Source: Utricularia gibba (taxonomy: Eukaryota > Plantae > Magnoliophyta). Taken from it: a DNA stretch of 64,000 bases. The position numbers and the translations under genes were made by a program. Shown piece after piece: positions 38,029 through 50,439 of this stretch; within the stretch, counting starts at the first letter, position 1, and the number at the start of each line of letters is the position of its first letter. Where the stretch lies: NCBI GenBank assembly GCA_002189035.1, contig NEEC01000008.1, forward strand, positions 496,001 to 560,000, given 5' to 3'. The notes under the pieces were generated by a model. The model did no database searches. It was not told the origin of the DNA and saw only the letters and a list, made by a program, of their open reading frames with translations.

Positions 38029-38887
38029 ATGGAGAGAGCAATCAGAGATGGTGGGGTGCTGAGATTACCTCCAGGCTTCAGGTTTCATCCAACTGATGAG
38101 GAGCTTCTTCAATACCTGAAGCGGAAAACCATGTCCTACCCAATGCCTGGTTCAGTCATCTCTGAATTCGAGGTCTGCAAGACAGACCCCTGGAATTTAC
38201 CTGGTACATTAGACAGATTTTACTGCCAGCCTTGAAGTTTCTTTTTCCTGCGGGACAATGGTCTGAACCGAAAAAAAAAACTTCATGTTGATTCAGGTGA
38301 TGGGGAGCAGGAGAGGTACTTTTTCAGCACTAGGGAGGTCAAGTATCCGAACGGGAGCCGATCGAACCGGACAACAGGCTCCGGGTACTGGAAGGCTACC
38401 GGTTTGGATAAGCAGGTCGTATGCTCGAGGAGCAACCATGTTGTTGGAGCGAAGAAAACGCTGGTTTTTTACTGCGGGAAGCCGCCTAAAGGATGTAAAA
38501 CTGATTGGGTCATGCACGAATATCGCCTCCCGAGCACCTGTCAACGAACCCCGGTTTCAGCGGATGTAAGTTTCCTCCAATCTGCTGAACAAAAAAATAT
38601 ATATATATCAATCAGTTACCTGAAATGAGTAGATGGTGAGGTGTGCTGTTTCATTCGTGCAGGAGAACTGGGTTCTCTGCAGGATATTCCTGAAGAAGAG
38701 AAAGAGCAAAAATGCAAATGGTGAAGCAGCTCGAAATCTTACAAGGGTGGCCCCTGTTCCTTACGATTTGAATCTCGTGCCGGCGAACTCGGCCTCCGAT
38801 TACAGTGGCATAACAGAGCTGTCAATCATAAGTGAGTCAGCTGATCATGAAGAAGAAAGCAGCGGCAGCAACTGTTTCATTAAGTGA
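38029..38887 (+). CDS. NAC083: NAC transcription factor, NAC083/VNI2-like, 3 exons
   Basis: Exons 38029-38203, 38297-38565, 38663-38887. [65 protein letters not shown]-terminal DLNL...SGIT. Orthology not verified. Confidence 0.9.
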
Positions 38888-39329
38888 AAGGAGCAATGCT
38901 TGAGCTTAGCTCAGAAATTTCACTGGTTTGAATTTTCAGGCCTCTCTCATTAGCAGCCTTGTGGATTTTCTCAATCGGAGTTTTGGGTTTTTCTTCAACC
39001 TGTTCAGGCTCATGGACCACAAACGATTATCAGAATTTCATCATCATGTAGCCACAATCAGTAAGTCTCCTGTAGATAATCAAATCCCCTGCTTCTCAAT
39101 GAACCTGCTTGTTTCCTTAATCATCACCATCAATGTTGTCCTCAGAGAAAGTCAATTGAAAGAAGAAATGATGGAAAAAGGTAAAAGGGGGAGAGAGTGC
39201 ATGTGCATCCACTCCAAAATGAAATGAAAAAGAAGAAAAGAAAAGGAGAGTCCTTTCTCCAAGCATTAAGCATCAAAATTCGTTCTTCGGGAAATCAGCT
39301 TATCACTTAAGCACAAGGAATCTCTTAAA

Positions 39330-39720
39330 GTGTGAAAATTTTTAGGAATCAAGTTCCCTCTGATTCTGTTCCTTGCGTAACTTCATCCACCTTCCAACCC
39401 CACAAAGCTCTTAGTGTTCAAAAAATAACAGGAGTCCTCGATAGTTAAAAAAGGATAGATGATCGTTGTACAACAATTACTAAGCACCGACAAGAAAAAC
39501 TTGCAAAAAATGTAACAAGTGGAGGATAAGTAACAAATAAAGAGATCAAATACCACAGTTCCCTGAAACCTTACACATTCATCACATGGTTTTAAGAACT
39601 CAGTGGCAGATAACTATCCCAAGATCAAATAAGTTACTAACCGATAAGGTGGAGCACATTACCAGTTTTTCAAGCTGACCAATTCAAAGGGCAACCACTT
39701 TCAGAGTGGATGCGTGCGCT
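39330..39720 (-). pseudogene. Possible degenerate leucine-rich-repeat (LRR-RLK-like) fragment
   Basis: Weak LRR-like peptides with stops: WLPFELVSLKN and SFVGLEGG*SYARNRIRGNLIPK. Confidence 0.35.
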
Positions 39721-40289
39721 CCCACATGGACAAGGTTGCTTACAATCCCTGCAACAATGACACTTTATTTTCTATTGACCCTGCCACCATGTTCAAACAT
39801 TGCGGCCTCAACTTGTACAAAGTCTACAAAACATAACACTGTAAAGACGTTATTGTAGGGCCCTTGTGTCATCAACCGATGGTGTGATTCTACACGCTGC
39901 CTCCAGAGGTTGGAACATTAATACGCATAAATATCGGGGATCAGTTCTCCACAAGTTTATCCCTCAAAGACAACGTGGGCACGAAAGCTACAGGACAAGA
40001 GATACGTAATACCATAACCACAAGTCAATTTCAAAAATTTTTCTTTATCACTACATCTAGAAACACGAGAGAAGACATGCGTAGTACCACACAAGCACAC
40101 ATCAATTTCACAAATTTCTTTTAGTAGTACATGTTGAAAACCAAGAGAGGTGTCCACAAGATACTGCAACACACAAAATGCTTTCCAAGTTTGATTCATC
40201 AGTCTTCAGGACAGACAAGGTATCATCATATACGGAACAGGAAAATATCTACAAACTGGTCAGCAGATGACCCTCTCCTTTAACATTAA

Positions 40290-40875
40290 GGGCTCGATTG
40301 TTAGTATGTTTTAGTTTACATGATTTTAAATATAATATGCTTATTTTATACTAGAATAAGTGATTGAAAAACATCGGACTCGTTTGGTAGAAAGTTTTAA
40401 ATAACATAGGATTATTTAACATGTGTTTGATTGAAATTTTTATAATTTGATTTATATATGATTTTACTAAAATGCACATAAAACTATGAACGTTGATGTC
40501 CGTTGATGATTTTGATATTTTCTTTACTTTTGTTAGACTTCATTCTGTGCCATCAGATTTTCGAACTACTTAACTACACATAAAAAAGTATAATGCCAAT
40601 AAAATAACTAATCCTAATTTATTGACAAAAAAGAAATAAATATAATTATTATAGTAAAAAGTTTTTGTAAAATAAAAGAGTAACATTATCTTTTATTATC
40701 ATGAGATTGATAAACTCATGTGTATATGATTTTGTGTTTCACTATAGATTGCGTGCTAAATAAAAAATTTGTTAGGATATTTAATCCATAGTATTATATA
40801 ACATATGCACCAAACTAATAATTATGATGTATTATTTAACACAACACCATCTAACAACTTCTACCAAACGAGTCC
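40290..40875. mobile_element. Tourist-like (PIF/Harbinger) MITE
   Basis: Right TIR AACTTCTACCAAACGAGTCC (ends 40875) followed by TAA; near-perfect inverted copy GGACTCGTTTGGTAGAAAGTT at 40376; weaker outer left TIR GGGCTCGATTG at 40290 preceded by TAA; AT-rich non-coding interior. Confidence 0.7.
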
Positions 40876-42399
40876 TAAGCGCAACCCATAAACCAAAAAC
40901 ATAAGCCACGCTACACTATCGATGAATAGAAATGATAACCCTAAAGATAAGCTGATATTGGGTTACCAAAAAAACTAAAATTGGTTTTGTGGAATGAAGG
41001 TCCATACACAAATGGCAGAAGGGAAAACCTAACATTATCAAATGTCTGAAAATGAATTCTGAATAACAGAAAGCCTTGCATATGATCAATTAAGAGATGG
41101 GAACACATGGACAGCGCCCTCTTCGCAGTTATTCGCCTAATCTGGAAACTTGCTGATTATAAAATTCTAATGATTCCATTCATGGCGTCGATTCTCCTGA
41201 TTCCCAGTCTGTGTTGCGTCCGGGGGAGGTGGTTCGGAACATGCGTTTATTACAGCTCCGTTCTGCAAGCAAAATACATTCACAAATGTCGCAGATTGTC
41301 GGACTTCCTCACAATCGAATTCTCAATGATTCTCAAGAGCAGCTGATATTCAAAGGATGAAGCAAAATCAACTTCACCAAGTCTGTGAAATATATTGCTT
41401 CAAAAGATCACGCTACGACATAGGTGCCGGAACGAAATCAGCAAGAGTTCAGCCCACGAGTAAAAAAGTAGCCACAACACCCTTCATAGACTTTAAATCG
41501 AACATCCTTGGCGCGCCAATGATATCCCAAACTGTTGAAGCAAAAATATTCAAAGACCCCCATGTTTTCCCCGGGGAGAGGAAACACACTATGAAAGTTG
41601 AGAAAATGAGGAAAATCCAGAAGTACCTGCCGAACGCGGTGGAGGCGTTTCTTGGCATTTTAGCCTTGCGAGTAGGTGGAACTTCAATCCTCTTCTTGAC
41701 AATCTCCGTCACTCTCGCTCCGCAGAGCGCCCCAACGGCATCTGGCGCATGTTCTGCTCACTGCGTGCCCACCGATGGGCCGGGCCGCAGTCGATGCTCC
41801 AGCCCCGTGTTTCAGATTAATCTAGAAATTAACTTTATTTCTTAATCTCCTTTAAACGTATTCGGACAACCACATAATCCTCACATTAATTACAAATTTA
41901 TCTCTAAAGAGAAGATAATTGGGGCGATGATTCCATGTTGAAATTGCACGCAGAATCCAAGAAGAAGACGGCTTTATTCCTTGTTATCTTGCGTCTGTGT
42001 GTGGCTGGAATTTCTACGCAGACCAGGCGGGCGAGTATAAGGCTGAAAAATTCCGGCTCGAGGGACAGTTGGAGAAACTCCACGGCTCCATCTTCAGTAC
42101 GCACGCATGCAGCAGCAGCAGGATGCTCCAGATTTGGGCACGTTTGCTTATCTCCCCCCATCCCATTCCTCATCTACTTGTCTTCATGCTCTGCATTTTC
42201 GTTTCTTGTTCCTTCTCGTGCCCATTTGTGCACCGCCTTCCTTCTCTTTTCTCTGTTTCATGGCTCACTTTCGCTGAAGCGAAAATGGCGCATGGCATTG
42301 CTCTGTAACGAGAAGAGAGTTGGGATGGATCCTTTGACGCGCATAGCCTGGCACCATGTGCCTTGACCAAACCACCAAGGTGCCACGCTGTGTGCGTCA

Positions 42400-42760
42400 C
42401 AAGCTCCTTCCCTCGTAGCATCATCCAAGATTCCTGCAGATATTATAAACCTTACTTCAACGGGGGAGGTCCTGGCCTAGAACCCAGCGTCTAAGCTGTA
42501 AGCAAAAATCTCATGAAGATTTTGTATGGTGTTCTCCCTGTTAGCCGGTTTCCGTCCAGGCAAATCACTGAAGTAGCAATAAGCACTCTACAAGCGACCA
42601 GGGCTGCAGGAATCTGAGTTTAGAAACCTTGGACGAAAAGGTTATATAACCAGGGAGCCCATCAGAGTAGAATCAAGGCTCTGGAGATTTTTCAAGTTCC
42701 CAGATTCTGCAGGAATGGGATTTTCCATCCCACAAATATACCAGTGTTTACAAACATACC
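42400..42760 (-). pseudogene. Degenerate LRR receptor-like gene fragment
   Basis: PIPAESGNLKNLQSLD (~42723-42672) and QIPAALVAC...SVICLDGNRLTGRTP (~42616-42527) match the plant extracellular LRR consensus; frames are broken by stops. Confidence 0.6.
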
Positions 42761-43471
42761 CCGAAGGCTAGTGACACTTTATGAACTAAGCAGCCAAAAA
42801 AACTAAAACAATGACAAAACGTAAGATTGATCCACTTCATGTGTCCCTGTGCGGATGCGGTTACAGAGGCAAGACGATCAGGGAGAAGCAGCTTCACACC
42901 CATCACTTCCGCTTCAGACTTTGAGCCCACAGCGCGGAAAACGAGATGGGAGATTCCTGTCCAAATTTGCCCACAATTTCGCCTGCTGAAGGCCCAGAAC
43001 ATCTTCTTTTGGCCCCTACTTCTAATGAGAAAAAAATAATTGCTACCCTATTTTGTAATTAAAAAAAAAAGAACATCCGGAGTGTTCACTGAGCGATGCA
43101 GAGAAGAGGCCGAAGGCTGAGTTAGAAGGCGAGGGTGGCGGAGGAGCTCAGCCGAGTAGTTAGCTGATTATCAGAGATCAGTTCAACGCTCTTTCTACTG
43201 CTGAAAATTACTGGATAGAAATGCTGCAGGCAACCGTTCTTTTGGTAAATAATTGACAGGTAGGGGTAATTTTCCTTTTTTTATTCTCAGAAATAGAAAA
43301 AGGCTCAAGTGGGCCGTTTGAATTATGTGATTACATATATTATTTAATTTGTGAATGATGTCTAATTATAAAGAGTAGAGAAGGTTGTTCAATGTCTACA
43401 GGCGTGCCTCTTCTCCGGGCTCCAGAACTCCGGGCCTCAATCTTCCCGTCTTCTTCTCGTTCGGAGGAAAA

Positions 43472-44364
43472 ATGTCTAGCCTCGATATGGTAAACATCAG
43501 CCAGTCCCTCGAGAGATCCATGCAAAACTGCACCTTGAACCACAATCAGAGCGCCGGCGTATCGTCACCGGAGGAAAGTTCAGATTCGCCGCTCGTCGAC
43601 GCTCTTGGTCTCACCTTAGAACTCAATTCAGCCGCGCTTCCTTTTCACTGGGAGCAATGCCTCGATTTAAAGGTACCCAAAACAAACCCCCTCCAAATAA
43701 AGAGGAGGGAATGAGCGAACAAGGGGAGGTGATTGCTCAATTGTTGCCCTTAAATGTGTGCTCGACTGCGTGAGTGAGGTGGTTTTATGTGTTTCCACAT
43801 TTATTACTGGAAAACCTTAACAGATCTTGCCGCCCTGAAAAGTGAACACGACTTCCTCTTCATTGATGGCGCTTATTTATTGCTTCTCTTTTGTTCATTT
43901 ACCACTTTTTTAAATGCCCCTTCTAATGTGACTGTACAGATATAATCCAGCATGGGTTCGTTTTTTACTTCAATTTTGTTCAAACGACTCAAAGTTCTGA
44001 TCTTATGAATGACATACAACAGACTGGGGAAATATACTACATAAATTGGACGACTGGGATGAGAGCCAAGGATGATCCACGAACTGCTTATGTATTTGTG
44101 TATTCTTCTGATGAGGAGGAGGATTGCGGTTCATATGACAGTGAAGAATCATCTTCCGAATCATCGCTTTCTTCATCTAGAGAAACCAGGATTGTTAGCA
44201 ATCTCTTTGAAGAGAAAGGGGACGAAGAAACTGAGAGTAGCATCAATTCTCTTCATGTCCTCGTTGTAGCTGGATGTAAAAGCTGCTTCACGTATTACAT
44301 GGTTCCCAAGAACCACGAAGTCTGCCCAAAATGCTGTGGCCAGCTCCTGCATCTCTATAGATGA
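43472..44364 (+). CDS. CFL1: CURLY FLAG LEAF 1-like WW-domain protein, 2 exons
   Basis: Exons 43472-43672 and 44023-44364. SLERSMQNCTLN; WW domain LPFHWEQCLDLK|TGEIYYINWTTG...DPR; acidic SYDSEESSSES; C-terminal VLVVAGCKSCFTYYMVPK...CPKC. Confidence 0.9.
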
Positions 44365-44899
44365 TTGGATGATTCCTATTGACCTGTCTAGAATTTGAAT
44401 GTATCTGATATGGGGAAAGGAAAGAATTCATCAGCTTGATGAGTACGTTACTCTGGTTACTGTTTTATTTATTGAGTGGGGATTGAGAGTTTTCTGGGCT
44501 GATGATGATTTCTTGAGATGTTTGGCATTGTTTATTTATGATTAGTAGGGAATGGAAGCATCAATTTTTCGCACAAGACTCACTTGTTGGAAGATGAGCT
44601 TGGAGTTTTTGGAACCAGAATTTCATGTTTGATTCTTAAAATTGACTCCTTGTGCCAAACGATAGTGATGCTAGATGAAACATTTTCCCAAACTCAAAAC
44701 CTCCACCAGGACAAAGCACTTTGGCACCATCATATAGTGTTTTCGTTCACATAATAGCACTGCCGCATCATGTTTGAATGAATTTACAATCTTCAAGTTT
44801 GTGTGTGTATTTAGTAGCGGATATATGAAGAAGAAGGCAGGTTTTAGGATACTATGTTATTTGGATTGATTTTTCTTATACATGAATTTCAGATTACTT

Positions 44900-47800
44900 C
44901 TTTGAGAAAATTTTAAACTTTTATGATTTCATTTTTGCCATTAAACATGTATAATTCGTTTCATTTTTGCCATCACACTATAAACTAGTTTAAAAATATT
45001 GAAAAACCGTTCATTCAATAAATGAAAATAATGGCCTCAATGAACATTAGGGTTTAGAGACCCCATGTAAATCAAAACTCCCGCTTGATTGTAAACTAAT
45101 TCACCTCTTTCAACAAATGGGTGACGGCAATTCAAGGAAACAAGAGAGATAAGTTTAGTCACCAAAGGAGATGAAAACATTGAACCGTGTGTTTTGAGAC
45201 TACATTATGATGGTGGACTCGATTCTTCTATCCAAAAGTATGTCAACGGCTCTGAAAAATTGTTGGAAATTGGGTATGTTTCAGAATTTTCGTATGATGT
45301 CTTATCTGGAGTAGTTTCAATTCTTGGTATAAGTGGAAACTTTCGTATATTTTTTAAGTACTCGAGTGATTTACAGAATAGAATGCATAATTTGAGCAAG
45401 AATGATGATTTTAAGTTAATAGATACTTGATTATGCAGCTTGACCATGTTGATATTTTTATTGATTCGGGTTTCACTAGGAGAGTCACAACATTGAAGAG
45501 TGAAATGGATGGTCGTGAAATCCGTATAGAGATGAGTAAAAATTCTGAAAATTGGGCAAACTTGGATGATCTTGTAGCACATTATTGAAAATGTTGCTGA
45601 AAGTTAAAAAAATGTTTCAAAAATCCTTGTGGAAAATGATAAAAAAGGTTGTTGAAATTGGTACTTGTTTTTTCACAGACAATTTTAATGAAAATGGCAC
45701 TAGAAATGATTCTGAAGAAAGTGAAGATAAATCTGTTTGTGACTCTCATTGCAGCGATGAAGAATTTTGGTGTGAAGAAGATCATGATTTTACAAGAAAG
45801 GGTGAGGTTTTTCAGAAATATGTAGATTCATGTGTAGAGTATAGAATTAATGCTGAAAGTATTGTGAGTGTTTGTCAGAACTTGAGAAATAATATTAGTT
45901 TTGAAGGTAATATGGATGATGTGGACTCAGGTTCTGATTTGGGAAGTCTCCAAGAGTTGGATGAAGAAGAAATAAACAAGACTCCTCTATATAATCCTAA
46001 GAGTGATGTTGAAGATCCCATTTTGGTTAACGGTTTGGTTTTTAACTCTAAAGAAGAAGCAAGATTTGTCATTTAGACATATGGAATGAAACATTGCAAA
46101 GATTTCGTGTTTCGCATTGACAACAAAAGAGTGATTGCAACATGCAGAGCCAATGGATGTCCATGGCGCATCTATGTTTCTAAAACAAAAAATGACAAAG
46201 GTTGGCGCATCAATAATGTGCTCAGCAGAGCAAATATTGGTTTAAAAAGCAGCTATCTAGCAAAGAAATGTTTGTATAAATTCATTGATAATCCAAAACT
46301 TGGTTTGAAAGGGTTTAGGATGGATATGGTTAAAAATTTACGAACTAAAATATCAAAATCAAAGGCCTTTAGAGCAAGGAAAAAAGCATTACATATTTTG
46401 AACAAGAATGATTCTAAAAAATGGAGTTTGATTCGAAGTTATGTTGCTAAGCTATTAAGATCAAATCATGGATTTACGATGCATTTGCAGCTCTTTGATT
46501 CTGAGAAACCAGAATACAAGAGATTCAAGAGCTTGTATGTTTGATTGGCAGCTTTAAAAGAAAACTTTAAATTTGGTTGTAGGAAAGTTGTGGGAGTTTA
46601 TGAATGTTTTATTAAAGGAGGCTTTAGTGGCCAATTACTAATTGCTATTGGAATAGATGCTAATAATGGGATTTTTCTGATAGCATATGCAGTTGTAGAA
46701 ATTGAAAATCTATGGAGTTGGAAAGAGTTTCTTGAATTACTTAAAGAAGATCTTGAGGTTGTAGATGAACGTGAATGGACATTTATTTTTGACAATCAAA
46801 AGGGGTTGTTGGAGGCTTTTGAGATGCCAGATGTTGAAAATATGTTTTTTGTTAGACACTTGCACTCTAACATGAAGACTGCTGGGTGTTAAACTAAAAA
46901 AATCTTGTTTGGGCAGCTCCATATGTGCAACAAAACCTGAGGTTTTTGCTGCACATATGCAGGAGCTGAAAAAAACAGACTTAGAAGCTTACAAATGATT
47001 GCCAAGAGGCTGGAAACCAATGGAGTGGAGCGTTTTTCAGGACAACCAATAAGTGTAATGCATTGCTAAACAATGCATGTGAATGCTTCAATAGTGTGAT
47101 TGTCGAAGTGGGAGAGAAACCAATTCTGGGTTGACTAGAAGGAATTCATAATTATCTCATGACAAGAGTGACAACAAATCTTGAAACTGCTCAAAAGTGG
47201 ACAAACACCATTTGTCCTAGAATTCACAAAATTTTGAAAAAAAAATCATGGAAGAAGCTGGAAATATGATTCCAATGAGGTTTGATAGAAACAATTATCA
47301 AATCATGGGACCATTTGAATAGTACACAATGAATATGGAAACAAGACTTTGCACTTGCATGAAGTGGGAGTTGACAAGAATTCCTTGTAAACATGTTGTA
47401 GAAGCCGTGTGGGCAAGGAAGGAGAGGCCGGAAGACTATATAGCTGAATGCTACACTATTTCAGCATATATACGATGCTATACACATGCTATAATGGGAA
47501 TCACTGGTCCCACGTTTTGGCCTAAACTTAATCTTCCACCACCTATCCCCAAGTAAAAAAAAAGAGATCCTAAAAAACTAAAGAAAAAGTAGATGGATAA
47601 ACCTCCTACTAATCCCCATAAGCTTTCTACAAAGAGATCCAATAATTAGTGTAAAGAAACCAGACATAATGCCAAAAGTTGCAAGATGGTACCTGCAATG
47701 CAACCTAAAGATGGAGGCCATCAGGTTGTTTCTAATCTCAAGATAAAAAAATTGTGCTAAATTGTATATTTCAATTATAAATTACATGCTTTTATTGTGC

Positions 47801-47946
47801 ACTATTTTTTTTCTATGAAATAGTCCAAGAAGCCAAGAGGGGATAATGCAAGAAGAGGGCATGGGAGAGGTGGAGGTCGACGCAGTAGTGAGCATTTAAA
47901 GCTAAGAGATAATATCATAGAACACGCTGAAGTTGGCTCATCTAGT
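44900..47946 (+). mobile_element. Degraded Mutator-like element (MuDRA-type transposase pseudogene)
   Basis: LRLHYDGG N-terminus (45194); MuDR domain GLVFNSKEEA...CRANGCPWRIYVSK; MULE domain GCRKVVGV...GQLLIAIGIDANNG...YAVVEIENLWSW; SWIM finger CTCMKWELTRIPCKH; HNAKSC knuckle. Repeated TTTCATTTTTGCCAT at ~44926/44960 may be a left TIR; many stops and frameshifts. Confidence 0.88.
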
Positions 47947-48250
47947 TGATAAGTGATTTTGTGTCGTTCCAAAACATATTCTTCTATTACTCTTGAGTGT
48001 TGTTTTTTCTTATCTTAAACTTTACTTATTCATTATTTTCAATTGATTTTGTATCTTTCACATTACTTTGATCTTTTTGTAGAGAAATTGTATTTTTGTG
48101 GATTGTTAGGGTACTTTTGGATCAATTTGAAGAGAAATCAATACCCACCAAATTATGGATTTGATGGGCCACGAATCTCAGCCCAAGATTCGGTCAAACG
48201 ATGAAGATTTGGTTCAAGATTCGTGGATAAGATAGAGATATGAAGATGAT
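47947..48250 (+). mobile_element. 5'-part fragment of the same LTR family as the solo LTR at 9116
   Basis: Begins TGATAAGTGATTTTGTGTC as at 9116; shares ACTTTGATCTTTTTG and AAGATTCGGTC...GGATAAGATA blocks; ends before an (AT)n tract at ~48267-48292. Confidence 0.75.
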
Positions 48251-48747
48251 CTTCTTCAATAATTCAATATATATATATATATATATATATATTTCATATT
48301 ATTTTGTTATTATAGAATAAAATACAAACATAATTTCAATCATCAAAATTTAAATGTAATATTATTTATCATCTATAGATATAAAAAAACATTAAATATT
48401 ATTATTAAGTTCTCATTAACTCAAACATTGAGCTTAAAAAAGCAGAAAAATGCATTGATTTGAGATGTCATTTACATATAATTGTAAGAACAAAAAAAGT
48501 ATAAAAAAATTAGCAAAATTAAGAATTGATATTGTGCAATATTTTCCAAGATCCATAAATATTACTCAAGTCTATAAATAAACAATAATTACCTTCCAAG
48601 TTGAGAGAAGCAATCGCGGCTTCTTTAAACAAAAAAAAAATCCTAAAAAACTGGTACTCATTTGACCGGTTAACCCTTGAGACAAGAAAAACCGGTTAAT
48701 TGGTTCGACTCACCAGCTAATCAGCCGAGTTACAATCACAAGATGCA

Positions 48748-49850
48748 TGTTGTTTTCTCAATAAATTTTAATGAGAAAAACGTAAAACACAAATAAACAT
48801 AGTAGAGTATCGATATCAGAGAGTTGATTGTTTTGAAAAGTATTTTGTTCTAAATTTTTACAAGTTGTTATGGGTTTGTAAAAGGAGTTTTGAAATGCTG
48901 AAATACAAAATACAATGTACGTAATGGACCTTAATTAAGAGAAGTAATTAATGGGAAATTGATTCCATTTCCTCCTTTATCTATTGATTACTTTCGAATA
49001 ATTAGTTATAGGAGCAATAAGTAACTTATTCTCACTTACACTCCAATTGACAAGGAGGTATGAGAATAGTATCATGTGATTTCTTCGTAAATAATTGAGA
49101 GGACAAGATGATTGCCGTCAATTATCCTCAAAAGCAAATTCTACGTGTGTGCTCAACTGATGCCAATGATCAATAGTGGATATGAGATCACTATCTATCC
49201 ATTATCGTGATATCCCAATCACAGAAAATTGCTATATTTCTTGAACCAATAGGATTGAAGATGGTGCTTTTCACTTTACTTTTCATCGAAATCTATAAGG
49301 AGTAATTGGCTACTCATGAATCGTGACTAGAAAATATTACAGAAAGACTACAATATGATGAATAGAAATATGTGAAATCTGGAAGAAATTCAGCAAAGTA
49401 TCGAGATTGATGTTGAAGATGTAGAAAAAAAATTCATCTATTCTTAGAAACTAAAAATATTCAATCACAAATGGTTATGAAAACAGAAATTGAAATTACG
49501 AAAAGGAAAGTGTTCTTTCTCCCTATGATGGAGAGGAAGAACAAGTAAAAGTGCGAAAATAAAGTGAAAAAAGTACGATTCAAAGTGTTCCTCGTTTTGT
49601 TTTAATTCATTCCCATGTACATTAACTTCATATACTCCATTTCCATCATTCCTTCTATGTTGTTTGTGAAGACAGCTTTCCCATATGTGCAAATAAATGT
49701 CTAATCATTATTGTAGACTCTAATATGTCGTAAGTCATAAACCCTGACTAGTGTCAATCTTTCACCCACAATGAATCTAATTCATGTGCAAGGTACGAAA
49801 TGTCAGTGTCTTGTATTCTACAAGTTTATTATAATACTCCAAACTACTTC
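48748..49850 (-). mobile_element. Degenerate Athila-like LTR related to 61265-62374
   Basis: Collinear shared blocks: GAGTATCGAT.TCAG.GAGTTG; TCTCACTTACACTC..ATTGACAAGGAGG; AGTCAT...CC.TGAC.AGTGTCA.TCTT. Far end and TSD not resolved. Confidence 0.7.
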
Positions 49851-50439
49851 TGCTACTTTGGATGAAAGTAGATGAAAAAGACAATAAAAATATGTACAAA
49901 TAACAATAATTTAATTTTTCTAAAAAAATAAAATACTTATTAATATAACTCTTAATTTAGGTTACTCAATACCTAATTAACATTTTCTACTTGTAATAAT
50001 AAACAAGTACAAAATGATACTTAACAATCTTGCTTTTCTGGGATCATAATTTTCTTTCTTTTGTTTACCTCTTTTCTTCCATAACGATGAGCTACATCAA
50101 AAGTTGTATTTAGGTTTAAAATCCTTCCCATGATAGAGCAAATCAAAGAGTTCTGATGTTGGTTGAGCTTGCGATGGATAGGATATGTCATTTGGATTGT
50201 CATAATCTATGTTTAAGTTGGACATGGAAATGATGGAGATTTTTTCTAAGTAGGGTTTTCTTTCACTTTTCTTCAGTAAGTTATTTCACTAAGAATTTAC
50301 TTAATAAGAGTTCAATAAAGAATCAATAGATAAGAGGTTCAATTCTCTCTTAATTGAGTAAATTGCTTGAGATATAACAACTTATTTACATATCCATTGG
50401 AACATGTTTGAATTTAATCATCTTTTTTTAATACAAATT

